From positions 14,463-78,462 of IMG/VR virus record IMGVR_UViG_3300009425_004205: a stretch of DNA of 64,000 nucleotides; one strand, given 5' to 3'. Shown here piece after piece: positions 38,701 through 47,600 of this stretch. Each line of letters opens with the position of its first letter. Within the stretch, counting starts at the first letter, position 1. The DNA is from a virus. Below the pieces are notes generated by a model that saw nothing but the letters and a program-made list of their open reading frames with translations, was not told where the DNA came from and did no database searches. A program made the position numbers and the translations under genes.

Positions 38701-40132
38701 AAACTGGAATATGGATGTGAGAGAAGTCAGCACATCCAGAGGGGTTATACTTGAATCGCTTAGTAGGAATAAGATGGTAAGTGAGAATCCTTTTGTATCT
38801 TTCGCAAAGAGTTCTGCCGTTATGACAATAATGAGAGGGGAAGAGAAAGAAAGACAATTTTGGGATGGACTTAGGGCACTAGCTACACCACATAATGCCG
38901 GCGCTCCACAAGGAGTATTCGAAGAATTAAAGATGAATTTGCAAGAAGCAATGGAAGGGAGACTTAAGTACCTGTTTACAAAAACGAAGTATACCTTTGG
39001 GGTTAGGTTGGTGTACGTCTTGCCAGAAGCCGCAGCGCGCAACGGTAATATCACTCGACATATGGCGCAATTGATAACGAATCCGAGATCGGTGATAGCA
39101 AAAGAGGAGAGGACATATAGTTCTTTTAAAATCAAAGACGAGAATACGGATGAACCGCCCGTCGAAGCTATAGCGATACCAGTAGCATACTACGAAGCAG
39201 CTCCGCTAGACTTTGGTTGTCAGGATTTCAAAAAAATTACCACACTCTACAACTCGATGATGCCGGATATGATTAACGAACTGGTATCCTCTGAGGAATA
39301 CGACACGTTGACTGGAGTGGTTTTCCCTCTCGAGAGAATCAGTGCAATGTCCTCGATATACTCCATTATGGCTTTGTCATCAAAGCCAGAGCTTGAAAGC
39401 ATGTTTCGGGGAACGAAAGATTCTATAGCACGGCTGATTCAAACTATGACAACCCGTCCACCATTCGGCGAAGTTGTCAAGAATATTGATGGCGCTGATT
39501 TGCAGCATGTTATCATGGGGCATATGACACCCGAAGGCCCCTCTTTGCCTGAATCTCTCATGGACGACTTTGGTAGCTTTATAGAAGATTTAATAACGAA
39601 TGCCCTTCTCACGCCGCCTTATTTAATAAGATCTTTAGGTATGTCCATGGATCCGGCAATGAAAGATATGCAAAAAAAGGTTATGAGTTGCGAGGTAAAG
39701 AGTTTAGACTGGGGAGGAATTAGCTCCACTGCCTTAGATGGAAAGATGGACAAGGGTGTCAATAGGAATCATGAATATGCTCCTGTTAGTACTGCTTTTC
39801 CTATCGACTTATTAAGGGGGATGCTCCCGTTTGTACCCTTCTTAACACCGGACTTTTTTGAAGCATTGTATAAGTTTAGTAATTACCTCATAAAAGATAA
39901 GCCCATGCCCAGCATAAGCGCTGGTAACAACAATAGTAACTCCAGTGCTGCAGCAAATTTGGCAAGGAAATCGAAAGATAGGTACGGTACCTTCTTAGGT
40001 CCATTCGGCATGCTAGGCTTAGGTATGCCGGCAATGCCAGGAGAGGCTGGAAAGGCAGAAAGGAACGCATGCGACAAGCCGACTGATAAGGAGAAAGCAA
40101 ACCCAACAAAAGAATGCCCAGAAGACGAATGA
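29747..40132 (+). CDS. Giant (3461 aa) putative virion protein
   Basis: Uninterrupted ORF between the spike-like gene and gp25. Degenerate peptidoglycan-binding-like motifs near the N-terminus (DG.KFD...AALETYQ; GVIGEATM); internal hydrophobic helix. Confidence 0.7.
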   Translation: MANIFNIKVQVKPPSGGREKPTYRVVKFNPGYILKSSGFEILIFKHLLGQVVPQDSYSVAERGFFGSKKTRTSPSRSANQKLGMEDGFKFDAKLKAALETYQLNNRDSIVEYGRNVLNWERVGNDTNAQPDVQNQTISGTSEGFSRELGVIGEATMAVMHGYRDISTPHFYNNGFGDVPRRMVFEGKMSNTAVEDPPKRNSDLHQATQYVRTRAEDMSDVADDKTASGGDISVIALRELGSPPPTSDTKPWEDEKYIYVYVDTEYTRKKPPDFSKPPPTGSNDRRTWREYIEIKEIEALRKVYKYYAKAFTWGPLNVLNDDPRIIDVWGAKIKETSKITIDPSGDAMLWRLLEERTPIGSASLPLISTLEDNHGFVPPGLKPGDVYRIKFSIWKKKMLFGSSTSAAAMSVSDAIYNGRLMYEQAIDYIDAAGEFLEDPHAALHALSGDTRQMMDNAEKAVKDKVSSVVRNASKNKKKLIRNAWKRGIREQERRGADAKWAASEKMGALLETASEETTFPARKTYEVRTFKKYIKAVATKMREFSKELHEWQAGAGPKGKLKDAGGFYPPIDMDLEARNLESVIGAMERIVEKNGFEFKDKFGSKLAIDFLETKNEKGQITGAQIFGYIKFISPVSDNYEARVVAQFGYNPDKPEVTGSFGDPSDPKDATPNRNHPFNTSEEDKLNTTLLSKLSEDYQVGASKGIWANARTMAYLLHLEEMYSFINRPASSTFSTCDEINTPKAIPFVTRYTLPKPGIKPRTPDGYKKRQEASGLFGSGTSDSLDRVSRKLNTSELKLLSSIKRTSDIITEKAMITSENKDNIIKVERGKTYDINDILPLGELCTLEEVWQKFIKTFDFKALMCEYAQCVPAIPWPIEFKWDFDFDFEWPKIPTFDIYVIYPIILMALAEMMIRMLCTIVMKLLDMIKFPNCDEIFDAAMYGIANLYEEIQNHDDGSEAYFTTHQIDPSRPASGIDKEFLKLLRKQEPKQMAAQAKLLKGLVDFGIPPERISDANVSGDTVSSLVTDISNVLTPSELCSMLSGTPLPNTMEYVQGLIRNSHPELISFFPNQDDTARFFGTLGGMLDPEICEKISRIPDSIVANRICPETDTTLRDALLTDGASPSAIRSALDIAKADAERRAAAFKSLASENPLKKAIPNPLDFSDPNAIISDLPPAFANQIKTASRALFSIPKSSFLREVVGFIPALYDTNSRSLRQGDAEFNSFLRIKAEEAIEIFTLFEGSQGLLAGDMYDRYRARESLYKKFIYKIARYELDENGNQVRIRVFGSDFSIPKIISANLNPNFAELSEAERIRELTSKGFWKVEEGRIDGWLALNKENDNSTLGLAPQETDPDTKSVAPSLSATMASKTKSPDPEENPPHALASPGTVTKRRDLEKIEAATTLPGGQEAIAEFEKVLIEDIQSRIMELRDDILRDLEVNHKQRTEAVVAPTIKSFFLKSEEIAREREDPESEIEKGNFYWESSGEGESFIMRIPIPGSAPPPAFGIVREGEEDTNARLVYTDLPGNGLPYYSLSIYDGILTKKTTIYRECDVFSEEMKEKIGELPAGRNIRSWTFSGLMHDMYSREMERYGFPFDSREGSIDNEALASFRESAHDVLYKPATEAFYEEIFDQLSGSPIFDISEHPKLDSNIRGKTIIDAETGCIRIQKGMIDFEQFVEEAVNAVAAEFKKPENSLTKIDYLKPGPFEKGMMAALVSLLIDVFLIEFALRGSISFSSFSAKKLFKDKNMQSYLIDFVNASLEKITIVPNLKDTFYAEIKRLTKLEDSSSALFEILKTRLYQKSESIDIEGLSKREKTTPELIDEVFGTKIESPSVNFLTRMNRRDVPRLSTSNGVTAPEPQLLPDVENIKRKGDFYLEGYVRVEGIGAKNTFEDVELSTINPETEVDWLDDAATRIEGMNQFASAGITAEAIRNRVDELRTMDALAGAADDNYTKNVGIDINEDTVTDSTPMELANIGEVQEFINSAYKSSFDEELCDMVGAVFDEDEQASCYMMPKTSYRFPTRFIKRNRKYLRINRGIANAEFNDDAEVKGIFSLAGNSKATIAQRVTSLQSHHHSRNQDMRVPDEVHYFVVPADYCQVRADIEGADSESFNKTYQTHVSSPMSDEAKAAHTQTIHETISTLPIKSYVEQVYPMDKITIHGMPGGDSPGEAVLEKWMQSIIPATGTYVESVTADNSSWNGYPLKEELRTNEEDFPKLERGLCMGKVQMKGPSGDLIGKPHHPLDPSAPWMMSSNSALMEAGAYLGNLSNAGLDNPGNFFNAFLNGQVRGASPPNETRLMDNIRYSLSSGERSLATATCVWEEWTEYIVYDDMFTFKNPGESLHHPDEMPRIKSTLASIPSGPAGHPYDKTLAGRRIGRPMGYSPSGVENTEELDTNHYATPVRVVITRVDYKLRGKEEDGTSADITLDSEFFAKYDLPETLQCPVIVDSSGYSYLNKGRKFALQHGLNSLVDEHLDIRGLELALAGAGITEEEVQSIIDIGVSTAGEDDELRGRYSVVYDVWLKRTLIGYIRATIAESNPDCSSEDAGIAEDCSNYYRTAIPAPREISGRQVPYWEEAWWGNQRVNLTLTTVRSDSTNDGQGPGNVRSINNVNVSPFSSGAYEQLVEVATRRLRNFLNGFVRGNRKSTAGAGGAGTPAITVSKVYSAACLHESVIRGWVPPMAAASHAGQIPASCNFSTTTSEYLPEQHSGINSDKANGMYLRGSWALNKGVAAAAIPLITRSGRINLFDEQDKTSFIAFIENYLGEWVDKRRYESFWGRTSSPWWLHGGPGYWPASRRRKSISARTIKYDTIGLSKYFDDNIHIGSGELLLSSPIGAPVENILGQTHSGRISPPGNIPELYSGGALSLHDVGNAELTWPDMAIILLPGRDGAVVGRVALGRGANPPKPIGWPHRTAERDSIRYFPDIFYGGESPELLPVEDTGRRVEFNLVDSNPMSLDSGNMGEDIIFADDRHEKIPDPEKNWNMDVREVSTSRGVILESLSRNKMVSENPFVSFAKSSAVMTIMRGEEKERQFWDGLRALATPHNAGAPQGVFEELKMNLQEAMEGRLKYLFTKTKYTFGVRLVYVLPEAAARNGNITRHMAQLITNPRSVIAKEERTYSSFKIKDENTDEPPVEAIAIPVAYYEAAPLDFGCQDFKKITTLYNSMMPDMINELVSSEEYDTLTGVVFPLERISAMSSIYSIMALSSKPELESMFRGTKDSIARLIQTMTTRPPFGEVVKNIDGADLQHVIMGHMTPEGPSLPESLMDDFGSFIEDLITNALLTPPYLIRSLGMSMDPAMKDMQKKVMSCEVKSLDWGGISSTALDGKMDKGVNRNHEYAPVSTAFPIDLLRGMLPFVPFLTPDFFEALYKFSNYLIKDKPMPSISAGNNNSNSSAAANLARKSKDRYGTFLGPFGMLGLGMPAMPGEAGKAERNACDKPTDKEKANPTKECPEDE

Positions 40133-40177
40133 TATTTTTTATAGAATTCTATTTATTTTAAAGAGAGGTGTGGTGAC

Positions 40178-40582
40178 ATGTCAGGAATATCAGCAAAGCT
40201 ACCGCTTAGAATGAGTGAAGAGGATGGGGCTTATCTTCTAAACAAAACCCTAGGGGAGACAGTCAAGCAGAACTTTAAGATGCTTTTGTTAACAATCCCA
40301 GGTGAAAGAATGATGGACATTGAATTTGGTATAGGATTGCAAACATTTCTATTTAATATGAATAATTCAGAAACCTATAGTGCAATTTCGGCAAAGATAC
40401 ACGAGCAAGTAGCTAGATATATGCCCTTCATAAGCGTGAATGACGAATATTTTGGACCAACGGACGATGAGATTTATTCGTCTCCAAATTCTGTGGCAAT
40501 AAGAATAAGTTATAGTATCCTATCAACGGGAGAAGAAGACTCATTGTTGTTAACTTTGCCTCAAAAGAATATAGAGTTCTAA
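40178..40582 (+). CDS. Baseplate wedge protein, gp25-like
   Basis: VKQNFKMLLLTIPGERMMDIEFGIGLQTFLF...YMPFI. Confidence 0.9.
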   Translation: MSGISAKLPLRMSEEDGAYLLNKTLGETVKQNFKMLLLTIPGERMMDIEFGIGLQTFLFNMNNSETYSAISAKIHEQVARYMPFISVNDEYFGPTDDEIYSSPNSVAIRISYSILSTGEEDSLLLTLPQKNIEF

Positions 40583-40614
40583 TTAGTAATACAGTTAAGA
40601 GAGGATAGCACTTT

Positions 40615-42411
40615 ATGGGAAAAAAGAAAATAGTTCCAATTGATTATACAAGTAGAGATTTCTCCTCCATAAAAGAAGATCTTCTAACTTATGTGAAGAG
40701 ATATTACCCAGACACTTACAAAGACTTCAACGAAGCCTCTTTTGGTTCTTTGATGCTTGACACTGTCTCTTACGTGGGGGACATGCTGTCGTTTTATTTA
40801 GATTATCAAGCGAACGAGTCCTTCATGGAAACTTCTATTGAATACGAAAATATTATCAGGCACGCAAAACAAATGGGCTACAAGTTCACAGGAGCACCCA
40901 TCACTTATGGAGAGTGCAGCTTTTATGCCTTAGTACCTGCCCTTGAGGGGACTGTGATGCCAGACATGAAATATATGCCGACACTTATGCTTGGCACTGA
41001 AGTCTCAACGAGCGGTGACGTTCTTTTCACTTTGAATGAGAATATTAATTTCGCAAATTCAGAAAATGAAATCGTTGTAGCAAAAGTGGACACTTTTGGT
41101 GCTCCCACTTATTTCGCTGTCAAGGCACATGGCCAAATAGTTTCTGGCCAGCCAAATGAGGAGATAATCGAAGTAGGAGAATTCACTAGATTTTTGAGAG
41201 TTGAACTGGCAGCTGCTAACATAGGGGAAGTAACCTCTGTTTTTGATTCTGCTGGTAATGAATACGTCGAAGTCGATTACCTCTCTCAGGATACTATATA
41301 CAAGGAGATAGTAAATAGGAGTACTTTTCGGGACTCTGTACCGAGCATTATGAAAGCCTACTCTGCCCCTCGCAGGTTTGTTGTGGAGCATGAGAGGAAC
41401 ACCACATATTTACAGTTTGGTTACGGCTCAGATTCGGAGTTGAAGTCTGATTCTGTCATCGAGCCTAGTGAAGTTGTTTTGAAAGTCCATGGAAAGAATT
41501 ACATAACTAACACTTCTTTTGATCCTAAAAATCTGACGTCAACAGACAAGTTTGGCATCGCCCCATCGAACACAAATCTTTTAATATCTTATAGAAGAAA
41601 CACAACCGGGAATGTTAACGCTTCTGCCGGCTCCATCACTAAAGTAGTAACTCCGATTTTATATTTTCCGGAAAGAAGCTCACTTGACTCTTCTATAATA
41701 GAATATATTTCTAGGAACATTGATGTTACAAACGAGGAGCCAATAAACGGACATGTTACTCTCCCGACTACTGATGAAATAAAAAGACGGGCAATTAACT
41801 CTTTTGCTACTCAAAGCAGGGCAGTGACGAAGCAGGACTATGTTACTGCAACGTACTCTATGCCATCGAAATTTGGAGCTGTTAAGAGGTGCGCAATATA
41901 TAGAGACAAGGACGAGCTTAAAAGGAATTTAAATCTCTACGTGGTGTCAGAGGGCACCAACAGCCAATTGGTGAAGACAAATTCGGCTATTAAAGATAAT
42001 TTGAAGACGTGGTTAAACGAAGTCAGGATGATAGGGGATTCCCTAGATATACTAGATACGAAAATAATTAATATAGGTATAGAATTTACAGCCATAGCAG
42101 AAGACGGTAGGGACAAGTATGGTGTTTTAAGTCTGGCAATATCTGATTTATCAGAAAAACTCACAAACATACATAGAGACATCGGCGAAGCATTTTATGT
42201 GACAGATGTTTTTAAAATACTAAAAGATGTAGAAGGTATTTTGGATGTGGTAGACGTCAGGCTAGTAAACAAGGTTGGAGGATCACATTCACAGACGGAT
42301 CTTTCCATAGATAGGAATTTATCCTCAGATGGCAGATATCTGAATGTACCACATGATTCGATATTGGAAATTAAATATCCATACAGTGACATCCAGGGAG
42401 TTATATCGTAA
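40615..42411 (+). CDS. Baseplate wedge protein, T4 gp6-like
   Basis: IDYTSRDFSSIK, DFNEASFG.LMLD..SYVGD.LSFYLD, LQFG.G and QSRAVTKQDY. Confidence 0.88.
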   Translation: MGKKKIVPIDYTSRDFSSIKEDLLTYVKRYYPDTYKDFNEASFGSLMLDTVSYVGDMLSFYLDYQANESFMETSIEYENIIRHAKQMGYKFTGAPITYGECSFYALVPALEGTVMPDMKYMPTLMLGTEVSTSGDVLFTLNENINFANSENEIVVAKVDTFGAPTYFAVKAHGQIVSGQPNEEIIEVGEFTRFLRVELAAANIGEVTSVFDSAGNEYVEVDYLSQDTIYKEIVNRSTFRDSVPSIMKAYSAPRRFVVEHERNTTYLQFGYGSDSELKSDSVIEPSEVVLKVHGKNYITNTSFDPKNLTSTDKFGIAPSNTNLLISYRRNTTGNVNASAGSITKVVTPILYFPERSSLDSSIIEYISRNIDVTNEEPINGHVTLPTTDEIKRRAINSFATQSRAVTKQDYVTATYSMPSKFGAVKRCAIYRDKDELKRNLNLYVVSEGTNSQLVKTNSAIKDNLKTWLNEVRMIGDSLDILDTKIINIGIEFTAIAEDGRDKYGVLSLAISDLSEKLTNIHRDIGEAFYVTDVFKILKDVEGILDVVDVRLVNKVGGSHSQTDLSIDRNLSSDGRYLNVPHDSILEIKYPYSDIQGVIS

Positions 42412-44678
42412 TGGGAATAAAGAGATATATATCAAACGCAGACACCACCATAACCAATGCATATAAGTTTAACTTGTCAGATAACGCCAAAGAAGCAAAC
42501 ATGGGCGAGTCGGATATAATGGAATTGTTTACAATATATGCTCAGGCATCCAGCTCATCTTTGGAGAAAAGCCGGATGTTATTAAAATTCTCCGTCGACG
42601 ATATAAAGGCAGATAGGGACAGTGGCGCACTACCCGTTAGTGGAAGTGTTAGTTTCTACTTAAGAATGTTTAACGCCCCACACGGCCAAAGCATTCCAGA
42701 AAAATACAACATTTCAGTTCTACCGGTAGCTCAATCCTGGGATGAGGGCTACGGCTTGGACATGGAGTCCTATTTAGATATAGGCGCCGCCTCGTGGCTT
42801 TCTGCGTCTGCAACAAAAAAGGCACAGGTAGTAGAAGTTTCTTTCTTAGATAACAGGAAGCATAAGCTTGTAGGAAAGCATGTTTCTCTGTATAACGGAT
42901 TAAGACAAAGAAAAAATTATTGGTTCAAGGTTGGCTCTAGCGGATCCGCCCCGGTATTAACTGGGACAGAATTCGCAGTTGATATAAGCGCCGGATCCGC
43001 CACAACTGCAGCACACTATGCCACTATACTCAAAAATGCTGTCAACTCTGCATCTTCATCTGGTCATACAGCAGCATTAAGCGGTAGTAGCACTAGTGTA
43101 GTATCTGTAACAAATGACGTCCTTGGAGAAGCAAAGAGTCCAATTATATCAAACGGAATAACGTCGTATTGCACAGCACTAATTCAAGAATATGGACTCA
43201 GCGCGGTAGTGTGGAATACAGAAGGTGGCGAATATTACACAGACTTAAACACGAAATACGTAACAGATGCAGACGTCTCTTTGATACCAATAAAGAAGAA
43301 ATATGTCGACGGGCCCGAAGACACTGATGTTGAGATAACCTCGCTCGTCGAGGAGTGGATAGTGTCTAAGACTGTGAGTCCCATGAACTTTACAAAAGCA
43401 TATGCTCAAATTACATTTACAGGCCTGCCTGCAGACGACTCCTCCATATCCTTAACTGACACAGTCGGAAGAAAGAGAACGTTCTTGTTTAAGGACGGAT
43501 CAACGACTGGGAATTATGACGGAGTGTATGTATACGTGGATACTGACGCCACCCCCGCCACCCAGGCAACGAAATTCAAAGAAGCTGTCGACTCTTTGGA
43601 CGGATTTAGAGATGAGATGGCAACATCCACAACCTCTGCTATAGTACACTTGTCTCAGTCTAATGCCGGTTTTGGTGGAAATCGGAAGATAACAACCAGT
43701 GGCACAACCAACTCATCAATATCAAACTCTGGTTATTTTGCTAATGGCGTCGGCTTGCAAAACAATGGGTTGCTTGTAAAATTATCAGGCTCGTTTGAAG
43801 ACGGAACAATGGAGAAGACTTTTTATACAAAGAAATATTTTACTAGAGGTTCTGAATTCTTCTTTAAACGCCCGATGATAGAAGCTCGATGGGACTCTTC
43901 TTTGGGAGACGACAGAGGTGATTTTTACGCTAGTAGCTCTTTGGTATCTTCTGTTGATAACAAGCACACGCTTTTTCTTTATAATTTTTTTAGAGGAACT
44001 CCGAAAAATATTCCAGATATGGAAACAGGAAAGATATATGTGCAACTGTTCGATTCATCGGGTACAGAGCTTGTGGGGGCGACAAGCCCTTATCCTGTAA
44101 CTGGCGGGCATTATCCCGGATCAACGGGAATGTATACTGCTTCTTTTGCAATAGACACTACAGAAAGTACAGTAAGGGACATCTGGGTGGGCGGTGGCAC
44201 TAGTGACGGATCTGTCAAGCGAGGTGTTGGTGAAACTCAGTATCATACAGGCTCTTTTCAGGTTAATAAATATAAAGCTTCTTCAACTGCCGCCAATTAC
44301 GACTCAGACTATGTGTCGAAAATAACTAATTTAAAATCTGTGTATTCGAAAGAAGAGCGCCCTCGCTTTAGACTGTACAGCAGAAAGAGAGATTGGCAAC
44401 CGAACATTTACAACGTTGCCTCAAACGTTGCCCCAACAACAATAGTCAAGGGCTCTTATTATAAGATAGATAGAGAATCTGATGGACTGACTGTCATATC
44501 GTATGGTACTGGGAGCCTAGAATATACTAAGATGTCATATGATATGAGTGGCAGCTATTTTGATTTGGATATGTCTTTGCTCGATCCTGGATATTCTTAC
44601 GAAATATCTTTAGTTTTCAAGCTAGATGGTGTATATAAAGAGCAGAACGAAAAATATAAATTTAGAGTTGAAAAATGA
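42411..44678 (+). CDS. Putative virion structural protein
   Basis: 755 aa, Ser/Thr/Gly-rich, with SWDEG.G and RP.IEARWD; translationally coupled to the gp6-like gene. Confidence 0.7.
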   Translation: MGIKRYISNADTTITNAYKFNLSDNAKEANMGESDIMELFTIYAQASSSSLEKSRMLLKFSVDDIKADRDSGALPVSGSVSFYLRMFNAPHGQSIPEKYNISVLPVAQSWDEGYGLDMESYLDIGAASWLSASATKKAQVVEVSFLDNRKHKLVGKHVSLYNGLRQRKNYWFKVGSSGSAPVLTGTEFAVDISAGSATTAAHYATILKNAVNSASSSGHTAALSGSSTSVVSVTNDVLGEAKSPIISNGITSYCTALIQEYGLSAVVWNTEGGEYYTDLNTKYVTDADVSLIPIKKKYVDGPEDTDVEITSLVEEWIVSKTVSPMNFTKAYAQITFTGLPADDSSISLTDTVGRKRTFLFKDGSTTGNYDGVYVYVDTDATPATQATKFKEAVDSLDGFRDEMATSTTSAIVHLSQSNAGFGGNRKITTSGTTNSSISNSGYFANGVGLQNNGLLVKLSGSFEDGTMEKTFYTKKYFTRGSEFFFKRPMIEARWDSSLGDDRGDFYASSSLVSSVDNKHTLFLYNFFRGTPKNIPDMETGKIYVQLFDSSGTELVGATSPYPVTGGHYPGSTGMYTASFAIDTTESTVRDIWVGGGTSDGSVKRGVGETQYHTGSFQVNKYKASSTAANYDSDYVSKITNLKSVYSKEERPRFRLYSRKRDWQPNIYNVASNVAPTTIVKGSYYKIDRESDGLTVISYGTGSLEYTKMSYDMSGSYFDLDMSLLDPGYSYEISLVFKLDGVYKEQNEKYKFRVEK

Positions 44679-47600
44679 GCCTTAAAAATCTATTTGAAAA
44701 AAAATCGAAACCAATTGGGAAAACAGATTTAAAGAATCTAGCAGCAGATGTAGAGTCAGAAGACTATATCCTGGTACGAAATAAAAGAATCGAGAGGTTT
44801 GCTCCAAAAATTGATTATATCGATCCTGCGAATTTTGCAAAATTTGGATTAGCAGAAAGATATTACAGGGATTCAATCCAGAGAATACACCAAACATTTC
44901 CTTACGACGGCTCAGAATATGAAAAAGAGGCTTGGCACTTAAGTTCTTCGCACCTAGATAATGAATTGTTGAGGAGTGAATATCCTAGGGCAAATGGTTA
45001 TGCAAGATTATCAGCCACAGGATGGGGGAATCAAGCGTCTACTGTAGATAGCTACGGCTTGCCGGCAGTAGCAGACTTGGAATATATATATATTAAAGGG
45101 GGCCCCCACGCTGATCCATATGAAAATTTTAAAAGTGAAAATAGTTTAGCAAACATATACGAGTCAGCTAGCTATAGAGAATCAAATTTAAAGATTGGTG
45201 GTAAGAGAGGAAATACTGTTGAATTTTGGATGAAGAAGGACGCATATGACGTTTCGAAGACAAACAAGGAGGTATTTTTTGATGCTTGGGTATCTGGTTC
45301 AACAGTCGGGACAGATAGTTATGGCAGACTAAGAGTCGAGGCTAATTTCAATACTAGTAATGCCACACCGTTTAACGTGGTATATCAGTCAGGAAGTGTG
45401 GGGATATATAATAAGCCAATTGGTGATTCTACACTTCGGAGAACTGACATTGCCGATGGAAAGTGGCATCACTACGCATTCTCTTTTAAGCACTCCTCCG
45501 CTGATTCTACGCTGTATTATAGGTTGTACATAGACGGAGCCCTGAACGACTCTAGAGAGGCTGTCACCATGCCCTCCTTTGGCTCTGTAGACGGCAATAT
45601 TGTAGCTACTATCGGTAGCTTGACAACATTGCACACCACGGGAAGCTCATCCTCAATAGGTTCTGGTAAGTTATCTGGATCCATGGACGAATTTAGATTT
45701 TGGAAGACGGAGAGGGATGCAAAGGAAATAGGCTCGCATTGGCTCAACCACGCTCCATGCGGGACAAACAATATAACTCAAAATACAAATTTGGGAGTTT
45801 ATTACAAATTCAACGAAGGAATAACAGAGATATCAGCAACAGACGCAACAGTGTTGGATTATTCAGGAAGAATATCAAATGGTTCATGGAAAAACTACAC
45901 CAGCGCCTCACGCGCCACGGGATCTGCCTTCGTCGAATCTGGAAAGGCGTTAAGGGAATATAAAGATCCTATAATATACGCCACACACCCAGAGGTTGTA
46001 GCCCTGCTCGAAAAGAAAGAGTTAGTGGGCAGAAGTTACGACTTACAAAATAATTCGTCCTTATATCACTCTTTGCCGACGTGGATAATAGAAGAGCAGA
46101 TGGGGGAGAACAAAGAAGTTAATTTAATGGGCGAACTGATACAGGTAATGTCTAGCTATTTCGATACGCTATATTTACAGATAGAAGCCTTGCCGTCGTT
46201 AACCTCACAAGAATACAAGGATTATGCATCGCCATCTCACGTGAGTGGTTCAACGTTCGCCCCATTTTCAGACAAGCTCTTAAAGTCAGTGGGGTTTGTA
46301 ACCCCAGAGCTTTTCGCAGACTCAGTTTTGGTTGAAAAAATAGCGTCCAAAAACGATGACGGCGCATTTGAATTTGATTTGCATGACGTCAAAAATTTCA
46401 TATATAGAAATATATACAACAATATATCTCAGATATATAAGACGAAGGGAACAGAAAAATCTTTTCGAAACCTCATTAGGTGTTTTGGTATCGATAACGA
46501 ACTGATTAAGCTTAATATGTATGCAGATAACTATACATACTCATTTAAAGATAACTTTCTAAATAAGGCAGAAAAAACTAGGTGTATAGATTTCGACGAC
46601 AAAACTCGCTATTCTGCAACAGTTTGTCAAGAATATCTGTCTGTAACATCAAGTTACGGCTTCGCTTCTCACTACATTTCAGGATCGGGGGCGTCTGACG
46701 ATTCCAATTTAGCAACCACCATGGAAGCTGAAGTAATATTTCCCAGAAAGAAGGATTCCACATCCCACTTCTTTGAGGAGACTGCTTTTGTTTCTTCTTC
46801 GATATTCGGTTGCCATACCCCTTCGTTAACTCCGGGGACGATGACATGGGATGCTGATGACAACGCTTCTTTGCAAGTATATGCAGTGAGGGAAAATCCA
46901 TATTCAAGAGCTGCTTATTTTATATTATCTAGTACTAATGACGGAATATTTAATGGCGATAGCGAACTTAAATCTCCCCTGATAGAGAATGTATATAACG
47001 AGACAAAGTGGAATATATCAGTCAGACTTAAACCGCGTGGATATCCGCTAAATAACGTTACAGGATCTCAGGATGAGTCATCCACTGCATATGACATTGA
47101 ATTTAGAGGAACATACCTTATACTTGATTCTATAGAGGATAGTTTTAGCGTGTCTTCGCCAATGGCAAAGAGCACTGCCGTTAATTTTCACTACGCCCCG
47201 AAGAGTGTCTATGCAGGAGCCCATAAGACAAATTTTAAAGGTGCACTGATAACCTCTTCGGACGTGACACTTTCTGCAGTGAGGTACTGGCAAGCATATT
47301 TAACCGATGAAGAGTTAAACGATCACTCTAGGGATATGACTAGTCACGGTAGACGACACCCCCTAAGGGAAGAATATGTGCATGAGTCTGGAATAAGAAC
47401 ATCTAACCATCCGTCATATGAGTCGTTGGCACTGCACTGGGATTTTAGCCAAGTATCTGGCTCCAATGCGCAGGGGAAATTTTTTGTACATGATGCCTCC
47501 TCTGGCTCTGTTGAGTCGGCTAGCCAACTTCATAACATTACAAGAACAAGCCATCCTGCCTTTGGGCACGGATTCCCTGAGTCAAGCGCAGATGTAGTTT

